From NCBI GenBank assembly GCA_044440125.1, contig JBITAJ010000011.1, positions 64,001-128,000 on the forward strand: 64,000 nt of DNA. The letters are read 5' to 3'. The notes beneath the pieces were generated by a model. That model did no database searches. It had not been told where the DNA came from and saw only the letters and a list, made by a program, of their open reading frames with translations. The DNA comes from Sedimentisphaeraceae bacterium JB056 (GTDB lineage Bacteria; Planctomycetota; Phycisphaerae; Sedimentisphaerales; Sedimentisphaeraceae). The position numbers and the translations under genes are program-made. This document shows, piece by piece, positions 20,401-29,034 of this stretch; position 1 is the stretch's first letter; every line of letters begins with the position of its first letter.

Positions 20401-23400
20401 CCACATTTATAAGTGCATTCCTGCCGCTTAATCTAATCACATACAACTGGACGGTACGTCCGACACAGATTGAGGATCACTACACCTTTACCGTACAGGC
20501 TGTATTCGAAACAAATGTTCCGGCTCCTGTAGTAACTGTAGCACCGGCTCTTACCGACCTCGAAAATATGGATGAAGCTGAAATACAGATCAACTACACT
20601 CTAACTAATAACGGTCTGATAACAGCAGATGAAACGGATATGATATTCGATTCAGGAGACTCCAACTACGAGTTCATACCGCTGGTTGATGAGATTGGAA
20701 GCATACCGGCAATGAGCTCAATAATCGTACCGGTACTGGTACGTGATCTCTCGCAGGTTGAACCTCTCACGCCTGAAGCAATATCTAAAGTAGAGGAAAA
20801 GAAAACGTCTCCTGCATCCAAAGAAATCAGCTGTTCGGTCAGCATACGTTCATACGTAGGATATACGTGGGAATGCGGCCCCGATCACAGACGTCACAAA
20901 GTACCGTTCTACTTCAAGTTCCCGGTTGTTGAATGCACCGGTGGAAGCACAATAAGCGGCGGTGATGTTTATGACATCTATGACGGCGGCGACGGTTGGG
21001 ATACTGGCGGCGGCGGTACGACATGGGGCGGCTCTGATGATGGATGGTATATCCCGCCGGTTTACATCCCGACAGGAACAAGCCACAACTTCAGCACCGA
21101 TGCATCATGCGATCCATGCATGGATAAAGTAGGCAAAGCATTACTGTCATGTGCCATAAGCTTCCTGCCACTCGACTGCCCTGCAACACTGGTTAAATCC
21201 ACAGCAGAATGTGCAAGCGACTGTTATTCCGGCTCAGCGTGGTCATGCGCAAAGAGCTGCGCAGGCGGCATGATATCCGTAGCCGCTTCTTGCGGAGGCG
21301 ATATCGCAAAGAAAGCTACGCCTATTGGATGGGTATGGAATATTTTCTGGTGTCTGTGGGATGTTGGAACGGCATGCCTTGATATGAGCTCGGATGCACT
21401 TGAAGCCGCTTACAGCTGCGGCTGTTACGACCCAGATATAAATAAGATGGGAGATATAGCCGTATCACTCTCCGAAATCACCGGAGAAGAAGTTCTTCTC
21501 AACGATTCCACTATAGATTATCTACTTGAAGAAGCAAGGACTCAGGCATCAAGAATAGAAGATATCTTCAACATGTATACGGTCATTCTCGGAAGTGAAG
21601 TATGGTTCAGCGGAACAGAAGATCAAACCGAAGGCGGTTATCTGATCGATTGGCTCCAGGCCTTCAGCATTGCTATGGAAGAAAGCAGCGACGATGGAGA
21701 ACTTATTAATCCAATAGAAGAGAGCGACTTGCTTGCAATGCCTCTTCCTTCATGGGTAGATATCAGCGATGCTCAGTATGCAATAATCAGATGGAACAAT
21801 ACCGTCTCTTATTGGCAGGCAGAGATCACCACACTTGAGCAGGTCCCAGACGGCATGAATACAAACTTCATTCCGTTCAATGAATTCAAGGATGCTTGTC
21901 AGGTTGGAACAGTTGCCCTCGAAGAACAACTGACAGAAGGCAACGAATATCTGCTTGAAGGCGGAACCAATGTTCACGATGATATACAGTATGAAGTTGA
22001 CAACCCCTCATCCGGAGTTTGCGCAAGAGTCAAGATAGAGATAGTACAGGAAGCTGTAATAAGCAGAAATGCTTTTGAAGCTGTTCTTGAACTCAGCAAT
22101 GATGGCGATGTAGACCCGCTTGAGAATGTCAACGTAACGGTCAAAGTGGTAGACAACAATGGGACAGATCAAACCGACCTGTTTGGAATACATCCGCCAG
22201 AGCTTACCGGAATTGATAGCGTCAGCGGCACAGGTACACTCTCTGCTTCAACCAACTGCTCGGCATTGTGGCTGATAGTACCTACTCAGGATGCCGCCCC
22301 GCTGGAACCGGTAGAGTATTTCGTTAAAGGTTCTCTCGAATATGATTTTGCGGGTGAACACGTAACGATACCGCTTTATCCGGCAAAGATCACCGTAATG
22401 CCTAACCCGAATCTCGTAGTGCATTATTTCCTTGAGAGGGAAGTCTACAGCGATGACCCGTTCACACCGGATCTCGTAGAACCGTCCATACCATTCTCTC
22501 TCGGTCTTATGATGAAAAATACAGGACAGGGTGATGCGTATGATGTTGAAATTACATCAAGCCAGCCTGAAGTTATAGAGAACGAAAAAGGTCTGCTTAT
22601 TGATTTCGAAATCATAGGCACTATAGTCGGCACTGAAACAGTCAGCCCATCACTCAAAGTAAATCTCGGCGACATTGGCCCAAGCGAAGTTGCCGTGGCA
22701 CAATGGCTGATGCTATGTTCACTTCAGGGTGAGTTCATAGATTATCAGGCTACTTTCGAACACATTGATGGATTGGGCAATCCTAATTTATCGCTTGTGG
22801 AAAGTGTTGATATACATGAAATGGAGCATGTTGTAATAGCTGATTACCCGAGTGATGATCAACTGCCCGATTTCCTTGTCAACGATGTCTATGACCAGAA
22901 TGATCTGCCTGATACACTTTACAACAGTAATGGCGAAAACTATGTTGTAGAAGCGGTTACTGACGCAGCCATTGATTCACAGGCATCGGCAGCCGATCTT
23001 GAGGTTGAGCTTTCAGTGCTTATGCCTCCTGAAGGATGGTGGTATATTCGGATTGACAACCCGATACCGGACAATCCCCAGCTCGTTCTTGAATCAGTTA
23101 CACGCCAGGACGGTAAAAGTCTACTGGTAACAGATAACGCATGGGTAACAAAGAAAATCAACCATAAGGAAAATGGAGATGAAGTAGAACACTATCTGCA
23201 TATATTTGATTATGGAGGACCGGGTATCTACACCATCACATACACTCTTAGCGATCAGATTAAACCTGTAGTAGAAGGCTATTCTGCCACGGATATCATT
23301 GAACCTGGCGATCAGGCAGTTGAAATTTCCGTAACTTATAGCGATGATGTTGCACTCGATGTTCTAAGTATAGATGATGATGATCTCGTTGTTACCAGTA

Positions 23401-24074
23401 ATGGCTTTGAAGGCCATCCTCTCTTTACAGAAACCGATCAGCTTGGCAACGGCACACCTCGAACTGGCTACTACAGCCTCGGTGCCCCGCCGGAAGGCTG
23501 GACAATGGACTACAATGGCACTTACACAATATCGCTTGCGGCAAGCGAAGTACGCGACTCCAGTTACAACTTCGCTAACGCAACAACTATAGGAACATTC
23601 GAAGTCGATATTCAGCCTCTTGATGACCCTAATATGACACTTGTTTCAAGTCAGAGAATATCAAGAACCGTTTTCGAGTACGAGTATTCATTATCGGTCG
23701 ACAACCTGACTCAGCGTAATTTCACAAATCAGCTTTGCACAATATACGGTCTGCCGGAAACAGCAATTATCGTAAGGGACAGCGCACTCTTCAGTTCAAT
23801 ACCGTCTCAACAGAGTACTACAGCACCGACTACGATAAAATTCCGTCTCGACCTTTCAACAAGCGTAGACTGGACTCAGATATACTTTGAGTATACAGAT
23901 TTCTATCCGGGTGATATTGATGGAAACGGCCAGACAGAAACCGATGACCTGATAATAATGTCAGGAAATTGGCTATTCGCCGGCAGTGAAGCCGATATTT
24001 ACCCAGCTCCGTATGGCGATGGTATAGTAGACATGAAAGACTTTGCCTTTATGGCATCGAATTGGCTTAACTGA
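14478..24074 (+). CDS. Giant modular surface protein (PA14-like, CARDB, Ig-like, thrombospondin C-terminal-like, five He_PIG-like repeats, Cys-rich region, C-terminal dockerin-like)
   Basis: 3198-aa ORF with signal peptide; GSDDG (PA14-like); two CARDB-like units; DDDYIGFVF; five WxLxxxPxGMTIDxxTGxxSW-type repeats; ends GDIDGNG...ADIYPAPYGDGIVDMKDFAFMASNWLN. Confidence 0.85.
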   Translation: MRKLLLVAVLAGIVNAVSIPLSDAISTSVPTVNGDGFFCEVYLGKGGGTPSPTAIEGVTPNADLQSPVLNFPNPGDTVSVSSSFLAFFNNTVYAPESVQSLTPSGFLLRCTTNLKITSALDENPATPEIDISIRSGSDDGHYLVIGNQFLGSSPDHGFTWYSYSLQFEDEGLYPFYLLYSANNAGISGLEVQWDTALSSGWVVLPQEYAYPNTGGGQCEQKVYFDELTEGTSVTTQYQSMGAVFETISGNITATASKPLEFVPVSASNVLADPATEPTEEGIVKISFVDPSISNPATTSYFSTYVIDAEETGATITAYDLEGTILVQETIANKGSASQYFTEIIQTGIYEIIISLGSGTDTIALDNICWATPQEIILPDISVSNLSCPAQGWATMPIDISIDLANTGNSSIAGDWTMNFYLSDDQIYDSETDTLCDSITVSNTLASGASTTLNEQITLADNISGDKWLLAVADETNAITEFPDTDNNIAVSTALISTATDHTYPYLLSQDPEDLVHPGVTEIEIEFSETVFNFTSDDVTLLSPDSQNITIDSIQNTESNIWVITFARQTAVGTYTLTVSSNINDQAGNTLDGNNDGTNDDAYTGTFEITEDPIQTTLFNWVEFGNPANGNWTVSTDGMSVFQSINGNPTFFISDFELTDSRFEGTFKVETTSDDDYIGFVFAVNDTDDNPATLESPFYLVSWKKNGQSSSGYGEEGIKLIRVDVPESYNYWDCESVNGEVLHQFVNTTAGWVSNVLYTFSLSYQPAEGNIRVIITRESDGFEMYNSGLIQDTSPLGTGRVGFYNYSQQSVRYAGFTSALLTPPVAVPGSGYAFSSETDTINLDASASYDPDEPELGFDAISELQWDIGNDGIDDDTGRTNALQPLTLAEAVIKGLAIGNDLTVGLTVYDLDAKSGSATTTVTYTNFAPTADAGGSGDYGTIAYDGTVTLQGTASDPDLANSVGEVLTYEWDTSPATSASEIGDGFSLELSPQVSHSEILSSLGTQSGTIYFNVKDLSGLISSSSATIAVEVPNMAISAPNIYGYAYAGKQSIARYTVGNAGTCPVEGSWVDSVYLSDDNVIGGDSLAGTHNYSFPINVSQSYSGEVTFTVPSDTPEGQKWLVIKTNSSSSIVETSYTDNTLIAGPIEIRHVPVIADMPNETIIAHQSYVSEVPTLEDGTPPIEWSAVAIPTSSVTVDSSTGQVSWPDPLPRLEPYTITIAAQNDGGFDEESWQLTVVTTPEINPISTYTIPTGVSFTSNTPSLSEATAVTWTLVSGPSGMTINSSTGRVTWPSPVKDASPYTVTISATNIAGSDTQSFDIIVMDKPVIAAISDDSVEEWTTYTRNDITLTAGNDTTVTWSLIDRPAGMLIDSITAAISWASAIPSNSSYRVTVKAQNDARYDTETFYLTVNASPVIAGIGDEAISGASPYSKTPVLVRGALPITWALVDPPANMTIDSSTGIISWPSPVVSTDAYTITVTATNTIGSDSEQWDISVQDPPAIEAIEDQNVGEGESFSYAPGLLSGTLPVSWTLVRGPSGLTVDNSTGAVSWAAAVAGDPHEVVIQALNEVGSDTETFYINVPILYSANIQTDTEIATAGTPVTLYGNAYWIADSSPAPDVPVLIRIMLKGMKRTVSVVTDSLGEFSYTWTPFETEAGHYTIAADHPSVTQDIVKDEFDLYGMRLSPVGMRYGLDTDEVKSGTVTIRNLGDQSLTGISCSVNNPSSEQFDIQVTSCTASLNGYGVGELKFTVSGNTATSSPYTPSIDLTCDQGADAQLQFEIMVYEPQPVLEADVDSLEGAMVRGNKKYVEFTLTNSGGSATGPVQVVLPATDFMTLVTPATMPAIEPHETATVTLQLEPAEDAPLNINTGTIAVNAGNAGLTMPYSFECVSDLTGDLLIEATDDYTFQTAEAPKLFGASVTVKDPADGTILYSGVTDASGEILFPDLPEAYYSIEVKADNHGTFTSTILTSGGETTFISAFLPLNLITYNWTVRPTQIEDHYTFTVQAVFETNVPAPVVTVAPALTDLENMDEAEIQINYTLTNNGLITADETDMIFDSGDSNYEFIPLVDEIGSIPAMSSIIVPVLVRDLSQVEPLTPEAISKVEEKKTSPASKEISCSVSIRSYVGYTWECGPDHRRHKVPFYFKFPVVECTGGSTISGGDVYDIYDGGDGWDTGGGGTTWGGSDDGWYIPPVYIPTGTSHNFSTDASCDPCMDKVGKALLSCAISFLPLDCPATLVKSTAECASDCYSGSAWSCAKSCAGGMISVAASCGGDIAKKATPIGWVWNIFWCLWDVGTACLDMSSDALEAAYSCGCYDPDINKMGDIAVSLSEITGEEVLLNDSTIDYLLEEARTQASRIEDIFNMYTVILGSEVWFSGTEDQTEGGYLIDWLQAFSIAMEESSDDGELINPIEESDLLAMPLPSWVDISDAQYAIIRWNNTVSYWQAEITTLEQVPDGMNTNFIPFNEFKDACQVGTVALEEQLTEGNEYLLEGGTNVHDDIQYEVDNPSSGVCARVKIEIVQEAVISRNAFEAVLELSNDGDVDPLENVNVTVKVVDNNGTDQTDLFGIHPPELTGIDSVSGTGTLSASTNCSALWLIVPTQDAAPLEPVEYFVKGSLEYDFAGEHVTIPLYPAKITVMPNPNLVVHYFLEREVYSDDPFTPDLVEPSIPFSLGLMMKNTGQGDAYDVEITSSQPEVIENEKGLLIDFEIIGTIVGTETVSPSLKVNLGDIGPSEVAVAQWLMLCSLQGEFIDYQATFEHIDGLGNPNLSLVESVDIHEMEHVVIADYPSDDQLPDFLVNDVYDQNDLPDTLYNSNGENYVVEAVTDAAIDSQASAADLEVELSVLMPPEGWWYIRIDNPIPDNPQLVLESVTRQDGKSLLVTDNAWVTKKINHKENGDEVEHYLHIFDYGGPGIYTITYTLSDQIKPVVEGYSATDIIEPGDQAVEISVTYSDDVALDVLSIDDDDLVVTSNGFEGHPLFTETDQLGNGTPRTGYYSLGAPPEGWTMDYNGTYTISLAASEVRDSSYNFANATTIGTFEVDIQPLDDPNMTLVSSQRISRTVFEYEYSLSVDNLTQRNFTNQLCTIYGLPETAIIVRDSALFSSIPSQQSTTAPTTIKFRLDLSTSVDWTQIYFEYTDFYPGDIDGNGQTETDDLIIMSGNWLFAGSEADIYPAPYGDGIVDMKDFAFMASNWLN

Positions 24075-24096
24075 TAATATCACATAACATTAAACT

Positions 24097-24140
24097 GCGG
24101 CACTCTTAAGTTTACATGCTTAAGAGTGCCGCTTTTTTTT
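24097..24140 (+). terminator. Rho-independent terminator
   Basis: Perfect 14-bp stem GCGGCACTCTTAAG/CTTAAGAGTGCCGC followed by T8. Confidence 0.9.
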
Positions 24141-24480
24141 AGATCCGAGAGTATCAACCGCTCTGTCTTTCCGTTCATTCGTGCAATCACTTTCCACAAC
24201 AGATCTGAAACAAACCATTCAAGACAGAACTACAAACCAAATACTAACAAACACTTATATACAGAACCAAATATTCAGCCAAACCATCAAACCATCGCAA
24301 ATACAGAATTTATTTATATAAATATTCGTAGGATCAGGCAAAAAACAAGCAGAATCTATCTACCATAATCTGCGTCCCTAATGTATAATAGGAAATATTG
24401 ATAGCGGTGATTTGAGAAAGAGGCAACCACAGCAATCAAATTCCAATGGAGTAGAGTACTAATATCAGAAAGGAAAAATT

Positions 24481-24600
24481 ATGAAGAACTTTCAATTTTA
24501 CATGCCGACAGTGCCGCATTCCAAGTCGGCTACGAAAGCCCCTCTCAGTTCAGTCGTTAATACAGCAGGCTCTTTGGCAATTCACCTCTGCGAGATATAA
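24481..24600 (+). pseudogene. Probable 5' remnant of an iron-containing alcohol dehydrogenase gene
   Basis: AAGGA RBS then MKNFQFYMPT, typical of Fe-ADH N-termini; similarity is lost after ~10 codons and the frame stops at 24600. Confidence 0.4.
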
Positions 24601-24631
24601 CAAACCTGCGTCAAGCAACAGCGTAAAAAAT

Positions 24632-24994
24632 ATGTACTCAGATAACAAAGACATCAACACCCTATTTGCCAGACTGGCAAAATCTAAGTTTCGCAGCAGT
24701 TTCAGGCTCAAGGGCAGAGAGCTTGAATACGCCCACAACAAAGGACTTGATGTAATAGAAAGCCACGCAAGAGACTTCATCACCAACAGGCTTGCCCCCG
24801 CTATGCCGCCCAACGATGGAAAACAAACGCCCATGCGCAATCATCCTGTATTCATCGCACAACACGCAACCGCAACCTGCTGCAGAAGCTGCCTTGAGAA
24901 ATGGCACGGCATAAAAAAACACCAGCAACTGACAGATGACGAAATTAGCTACATAGTCAACGTAATAATGTGCTGGATAAGGGGAAACTCTTAG
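24632..24994 (+). CDS. DUF4186 domain protein
   Basis: LFARLAKSKFRSSFRL, NDGKQTPMRNHPVFIAQHATATCCRSCLEKWHGI. Confidence 0.85.
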   Translation: MYSDNKDINTLFARLAKSKFRSSFRLKGRELEYAHNKGLDVIESHARDFITNRLAPAMPPNDGKQTPMRNHPVFIAQHATATCCRSCLEKWHGIKKHQQLTDDEISYIVNVIMCWIRGNS

Positions 24995-25779
24995 CGGATT
25001 TTCGATTCCTGAAGCCGATGAACCTGCCGGAGTATAATTCTCTTGGGTATAAACGGTATAAATATCGTCATCAACTTCTGAGAAATAGACGGGACAGAAA
25101 CCACATTAAGCCTGCCCTTGAGCATTCCATTATAGCCATCTTCAGCAACCGTTCCTGCACTCGCCTTTTTAACAAAGGCAAGCGTATTTTTCATACCAGA
25201 CACCTCGCCAAACTCAGTCTCTGTAGGCCCGGGCAACAAAGCGGTAACAGTAACACCTGTACCCTTGAGCTCCTCAGCAAGAGCATTACTCAGTGAGGTA
25301 ACATAAGCTTTCGTAGCATAATAAACTGCCTGTATAGGTCCGGGAACCAAAGACGCGATTGAAGAGACATTCAGTATCCTGCCAGAGCCCCTCTGTATAA
25401 AATCTGGCAAAAATAGTCTTGTCAGCTTTGTAAGAGCAATCACATTAACCTTTATCATCGAAGCTTCGTCCTCGATATCTCTGTGGGCAAACCTGCCAAG
25501 ACCTCCGAAACCAGCATTATTTATCAGATAATCAATGCTCACACCCGCCGACTTAATCTCTGAATAAATTTCAGCCGGAGCATCAGGCTCACTCAAATCT
25601 TTAGCGATAACCATCACATTAACATGATACTTCTCTTCCAACTCAGCTTTGAGCTGCTCGAGTCGTTCCTTACGCCTCGCTGTTATCACAAGATCTCCGC
25701 CTCTTTCAGCATGAAGATACGCAAGTTCTCTGCCGATACCTGCAGAGGCTCCTGTTATAAGTGCTGTTTTCCTGCCCAT
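24991..25779 (-). CDS. SDR family oxidoreductase
   Basis: TGASAGIG, NNAG and YYATK motifs; start placed at ATG 25779. Confidence 0.93.
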   Translation of the reverse strand: MGRKTALITGASAGIGRELAYLHAERGGDLVITARRKERLEQLKAELEEKYHVNVMVIAKDLSEPDAPAEIYSEIKSAGVSIDYLINNAGFGGLGRFAHRDIEDEASMIKVNVIALTKLTRLFLPDFIQRGSGRILNVSSIASLVPGPIQAVYYATKAYVTSLSNALAEELKGTGVTVTALLPGPTETEFGEVSGMKNTLAFVKKASAGTVAEDGYNGMLKGRLNVVSVPSISQKLMTIFIPFIPKRIILRQVHRLQESKIR

Positions 25780-25981
25780 TGTAAATATCCTTAAAACTTC
25801 TTTAATCCTGTAAAGCTCTTTGCATGCCAATTTTATCATCTATAAATCAGCATGTCAATTCAATACCAAAACAACCCAAAACTGATTGCCTGCCAAAATA
25901 TTCCTTGAAAACATTTTGCGGCAAGGGTATGATATCAGTATAGAAGTCTGAGTTTAATTTCGCTATTTATTGGAGGATATC

Positions 25982-26731
25982 ATGAATTTACAAACTAAAA
26001 GTGCAATAGTCACAGGTGCCTCAAGAGGCATTGGCCTATGTATAGCTAAAACTCTACTCAAAGAAGGTTATAAGGTTGTAATAGCTGATACTCAACCTCT
26101 TAGCGACAGATCAAAAAGCCTGCTTCTTGAATTTGAAGAAAATTACAATTTCATAAAAACCGATGTATCTGATGAAATGTCGGTGATAGCAATGAGTGAA
26201 TTTGTGAGAAATAACACCGATTCACTTACTTTGCTTGTAAACAACGCGGCAAGAGGCTTTAAATGTCCTCCCGGAAAACTTCCATATCTTCAATGGCAGC
26301 GTGTCATAGGAACAAACCTTACAGGAACTTTTCTCTGCTCGAAACATTGCACTGCCGAATTGAAGAAAAATCAGGGATCAATTATAAACATTGCCTCTAC
26401 AAGAGCATTTATGTCTGAACCGGATACAGAGGCCTACTCTGCATCAAAAGCCGGCATCATAGGCCTTACCCACTCGATGGCAGTCAGCCTTGGGCCATCT
26501 GTCAGAGTGAACTGCATCAGCCCCGGCTGGATTGACACCTCGGAATATCTCGACAAAGCACCAGAACAACTCACAAAAGAAGATCATCATCAACACCCAT
26601 GCGGAAGAGTAGGCAAGCCGGAGGATATCGCCCAGATGATAGTTTATCTAAGTTCAGAAAAAGCAAAATTCATTACAGGCCAAAACTTTACTATTGACGG
26701 CGGCATGACAAAGAAGATGATATATGTTTAA
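25982..26731 (+). CDS. SDR family oxidoreductase
   Basis: TGASRGIG, NNAA, YSASK and ITGQNFTIDGG motifs; GGAGG RBS before ATG 25982. Confidence 0.93.
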   Translation: MNLQTKSAIVTGASRGIGLCIAKTLLKEGYKVVIADTQPLSDRSKSLLLEFEENYNFIKTDVSDEMSVIAMSEFVRNNTDSLTLLVNNAARGFKCPPGKLPYLQWQRVIGTNLTGTFLCSKHCTAELKKNQGSIINIASTRAFMSEPDTEAYSASKAGIIGLTHSMAVSLGPSVRVNCISPGWIDTSEYLDKAPEQLTKEDHHQHPCGRVGKPEDIAQMIVYLSSEKAKFITGQNFTIDGGMTKKMIYV

Positions 26732-26763
26732 ACATATAAGAATCCAATGAAAGGATAATTGAA

Positions 26764-27336
26764 ATGCAGCGTTTGGTAAATTATTTTCTGAAAGGTCTGC
26801 TCGTATTCGTACCGGCGGCACTTACTGTTTTTGCAATAGTATTCGTATTCACAAAACTTGACAGTCTTTTCGGTCTTCCAATTCCAGGAGCAGGCTTGAT
26901 AATCACTTTGGCTGTAATAACTTTCGTCGGATTTCTTGCATCAAATTACATAGGGGCTAAATTCTTTGACCTTATAGAAAGAATCCTTACAAGGCTCCCA
27001 CTGGTCAAAATGCTTTATTCAGCAGCTAAAGATTTCACGGAAGCTTTCGCTGGAGAGAAGAAAGGCTTTGATAAGCCGGTCGCTGTTGAGCTTGTGGAAG
27101 GCGGGCCAACTGCAATAGGTTTCATTACACGTGAAGACCTTGATTTTCTTGAGATGCCGGGAAAAGTAGCCGTCTACTTCCCTCAATCATACAACTTTGC
27201 CGGATCGGTCCTGATCTTTGACACCGAGCGGGTTAGAAGGCTTGACATGGACAGCCCTGACATAATGACCTTTGTTGTATCAGGAGGTGTTTCAGGCAAC
27301 CATAATAAAATAGAAAAACCTGAAAATTTGAAATAA
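26764..27336 (+). CDS. DUF502 family membrane protein
   Basis: Two N-terminal TM helices; RLPLVKMLYS, IGFIT and VVSGG motifs. Confidence 0.8.
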   Translation: MQRLVNYFLKGLLVFVPAALTVFAIVFVFTKLDSLFGLPIPGAGLIITLAVITFVGFLASNYIGAKFFDLIERILTRLPLVKMLYSAAKDFTEAFAGEKKGFDKPVAVELVEGGPTAIGFITREDLDFLEMPGKVAVYFPQSYNFAGSVLIFDTERVRRLDMDSPDIMTFVVSGGVSGNHNKIEKPENLK

Positions 27337-27345
27337 CAGAATCAA

Positions 27346-28758
27346 TCAACAGCCTATCGAATCAGTAAGCTGTTTTAGAATGGTGTTTATATTCTCACTG
27401 CGGCTTATGCCCTGAACTTTCCAAGTCGCCTGGTTATCCTTATCGACAAGAGTTTTGATTTTTTTGCAGGCAAGTATCACAGTAGCATGATTTTTGCCGC
27501 CAAAGGCCTTGCCTATCTCAGGAAGCGACATGCTTGTATTCTCCCTAAGAAGATACATCGCTACCGATCGAGCCAGACTGACAGTACGATCCTTCTTTGA
27601 AGACTTGATATCTTTCGCGGTAATAGAAAAAAATGCTGTAACAGATGATATTACGCTTTCACTATTAACTACCGGCGCTGAACTTTGGACAGACTGGCCA
27701 AGCAGATACTGGGCAACCGCTATAGATAATTTCTCACCAGTAAGCATCACGTGAGCATTGAGCTTCATCAGAGCTCCTTCAAGATCACGCACGCTCTTGG
27801 TTACATTATGAGCCACATACTCAACTATCTCATTGCTTATGGTTATCCCCATATCAGTCAATTTTTGTTCACATATGCGAAGTCTTGTCTCGTAATCAGG
27901 AGCATCTATCTTTATAACCATACCAGATACAAAACGGTTGACAAGATTATCCGCAAGCTCGGCAATCATTGTAGGATGAGCGTCTGAGGCTAATACAACC
28001 TGCTTATCAGCCAAATCAATAGTATTGAATGTATGGAGAAATTCTTCCTGCGTAGAAGGCTTCTTTGCAAGAAAATGGATATCATCTATCGCAAGGATAT
28101 CGACATTCCTGTATTTCTTCCTGAAGCTGTCCATATTGGAACTCTTCAAAGCGTTGAGATATTCGTTAGTAAATTCCTCTGCAGAAACATAAACACAAAC
28201 AGCGCCAGGTCTGTTCTTAATCGCCTGATTGCAGACAGCCTGAAGCAAGTGCGTTTTGCCTACACCATATGTACCATAGAAAAATAGCGGGTTATAAACC
28301 TTACCGGGAGTCTCTGAAACAATCTTGGCGGCATTGTAGGCCATTTTGTTTTGATTGCCGACAATGAAAGTGTCAAGCGTATGCTTATAGCTTCTCTTGC
28401 TTGGTTTCTGATAGGAGGCTGTTGGTTCATCAATAACAACAGGAGCAGCAACAGGCATCATACGCCTTTTAGGCCTTACTGCCTCCGGCTTTGATGGGGT
28501 TTCACTTTTGGCATTACTGCTGTCAAAAGAAACTCGAACCTGTGAACCTGATACTGCCTTGGCACACTCATTGATATCGGAATAGAAGTTTTTCTTCAGC
28601 AAGCCGCTTACGAACGAATTGGGAGCAACAACTCTAAGAAGATCATTTTCGATACTGAACTCTGAATTTGAAAACCAGACCTCATACTTCTTCTGACCAA
28701 CACGTTGACGCAATTCGTTCTTCAACAATTTGATGTCACTGATGACATTAGCTTGCAA
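27346..28758 (-). CDS. dnaA: Chromosomal replication initiator DnaA
   Basis: YNPLFFYGTYGVGKTHLL (Walker A), IDDIHFL, QEEFLHTFN and domain IV SLPEIGKAFGGKNHATV; TTG start. Confidence 0.96.
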   Translation of the reverse strand: MQANVISDIKLLKNELRQRVGQKKYEVWFSNSEFSIENDLLRVVAPNSFVSGLLKKNFYSDINECAKAVSGSQVRVSFDSSNAKSETPSKPEAVRPKRRMMPVAAPVVIDEPTASYQKPSKRSYKHTLDTFIVGNQNKMAYNAAKIVSETPGKVYNPLFFYGTYGVGKTHLLQAVCNQAIKNRPGAVCVYVSAEEFTNEYLNALKSSNMDSFRKKYRNVDILAIDDIHFLAKKPSTQEEFLHTFNTIDLADKQVVLASDAHPTMIAELADNLVNRFVSGMVIKIDAPDYETRLRICEQKLTDMGITISNEIVEYVAHNVTKSVRDLEGALMKLNAHVMLTGEKLSIAVAQYLLGQSVQSSAPVVNSESVISSVTAFFSITAKDIKSSKKDRTVSLARSVAMYLLRENTSMSLPEIGKAFGGKNHATVILACKKIKTLVDKDNQATWKVQGISRSENINTILKQLTDSIGC

Positions 28759-28888
28759 TTTAATACCCTTCTTAACGCAAAAGTTGTAAATCTTGAAACT
28801 CTAACCATGTGCTCTGATACCAGAGCGATAACGCAAGTTAAATCATATCCCTAACAGAATTCTAATCAATAGCGTTTTTGCGATTTTC

Positions 28889-28998
28889 TTATCCACACGA
28901 TAGAGGTAACGGATAATAAGGGGTTTGCGCGCGAAAAAAAACTTTTGTTCACTGCTTTTACACATCGTAAACCCCCAATGTGGATAACTCGTGGATTA
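28889..28998. promoter_or_regulatory. DnaA-box cluster upstream of dnaA
   Basis: Perfect TTATCCACA at 28889-28897 and TGTGGATAA at 28979-28987, plus degenerate CGTGGATTA at 28990-28998. Confidence 0.8.
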
Positions 28999-29034
28999 AA
29001 GGTTTGCTAAAAGTAGTTTTTAGAGCTGTAGTAA

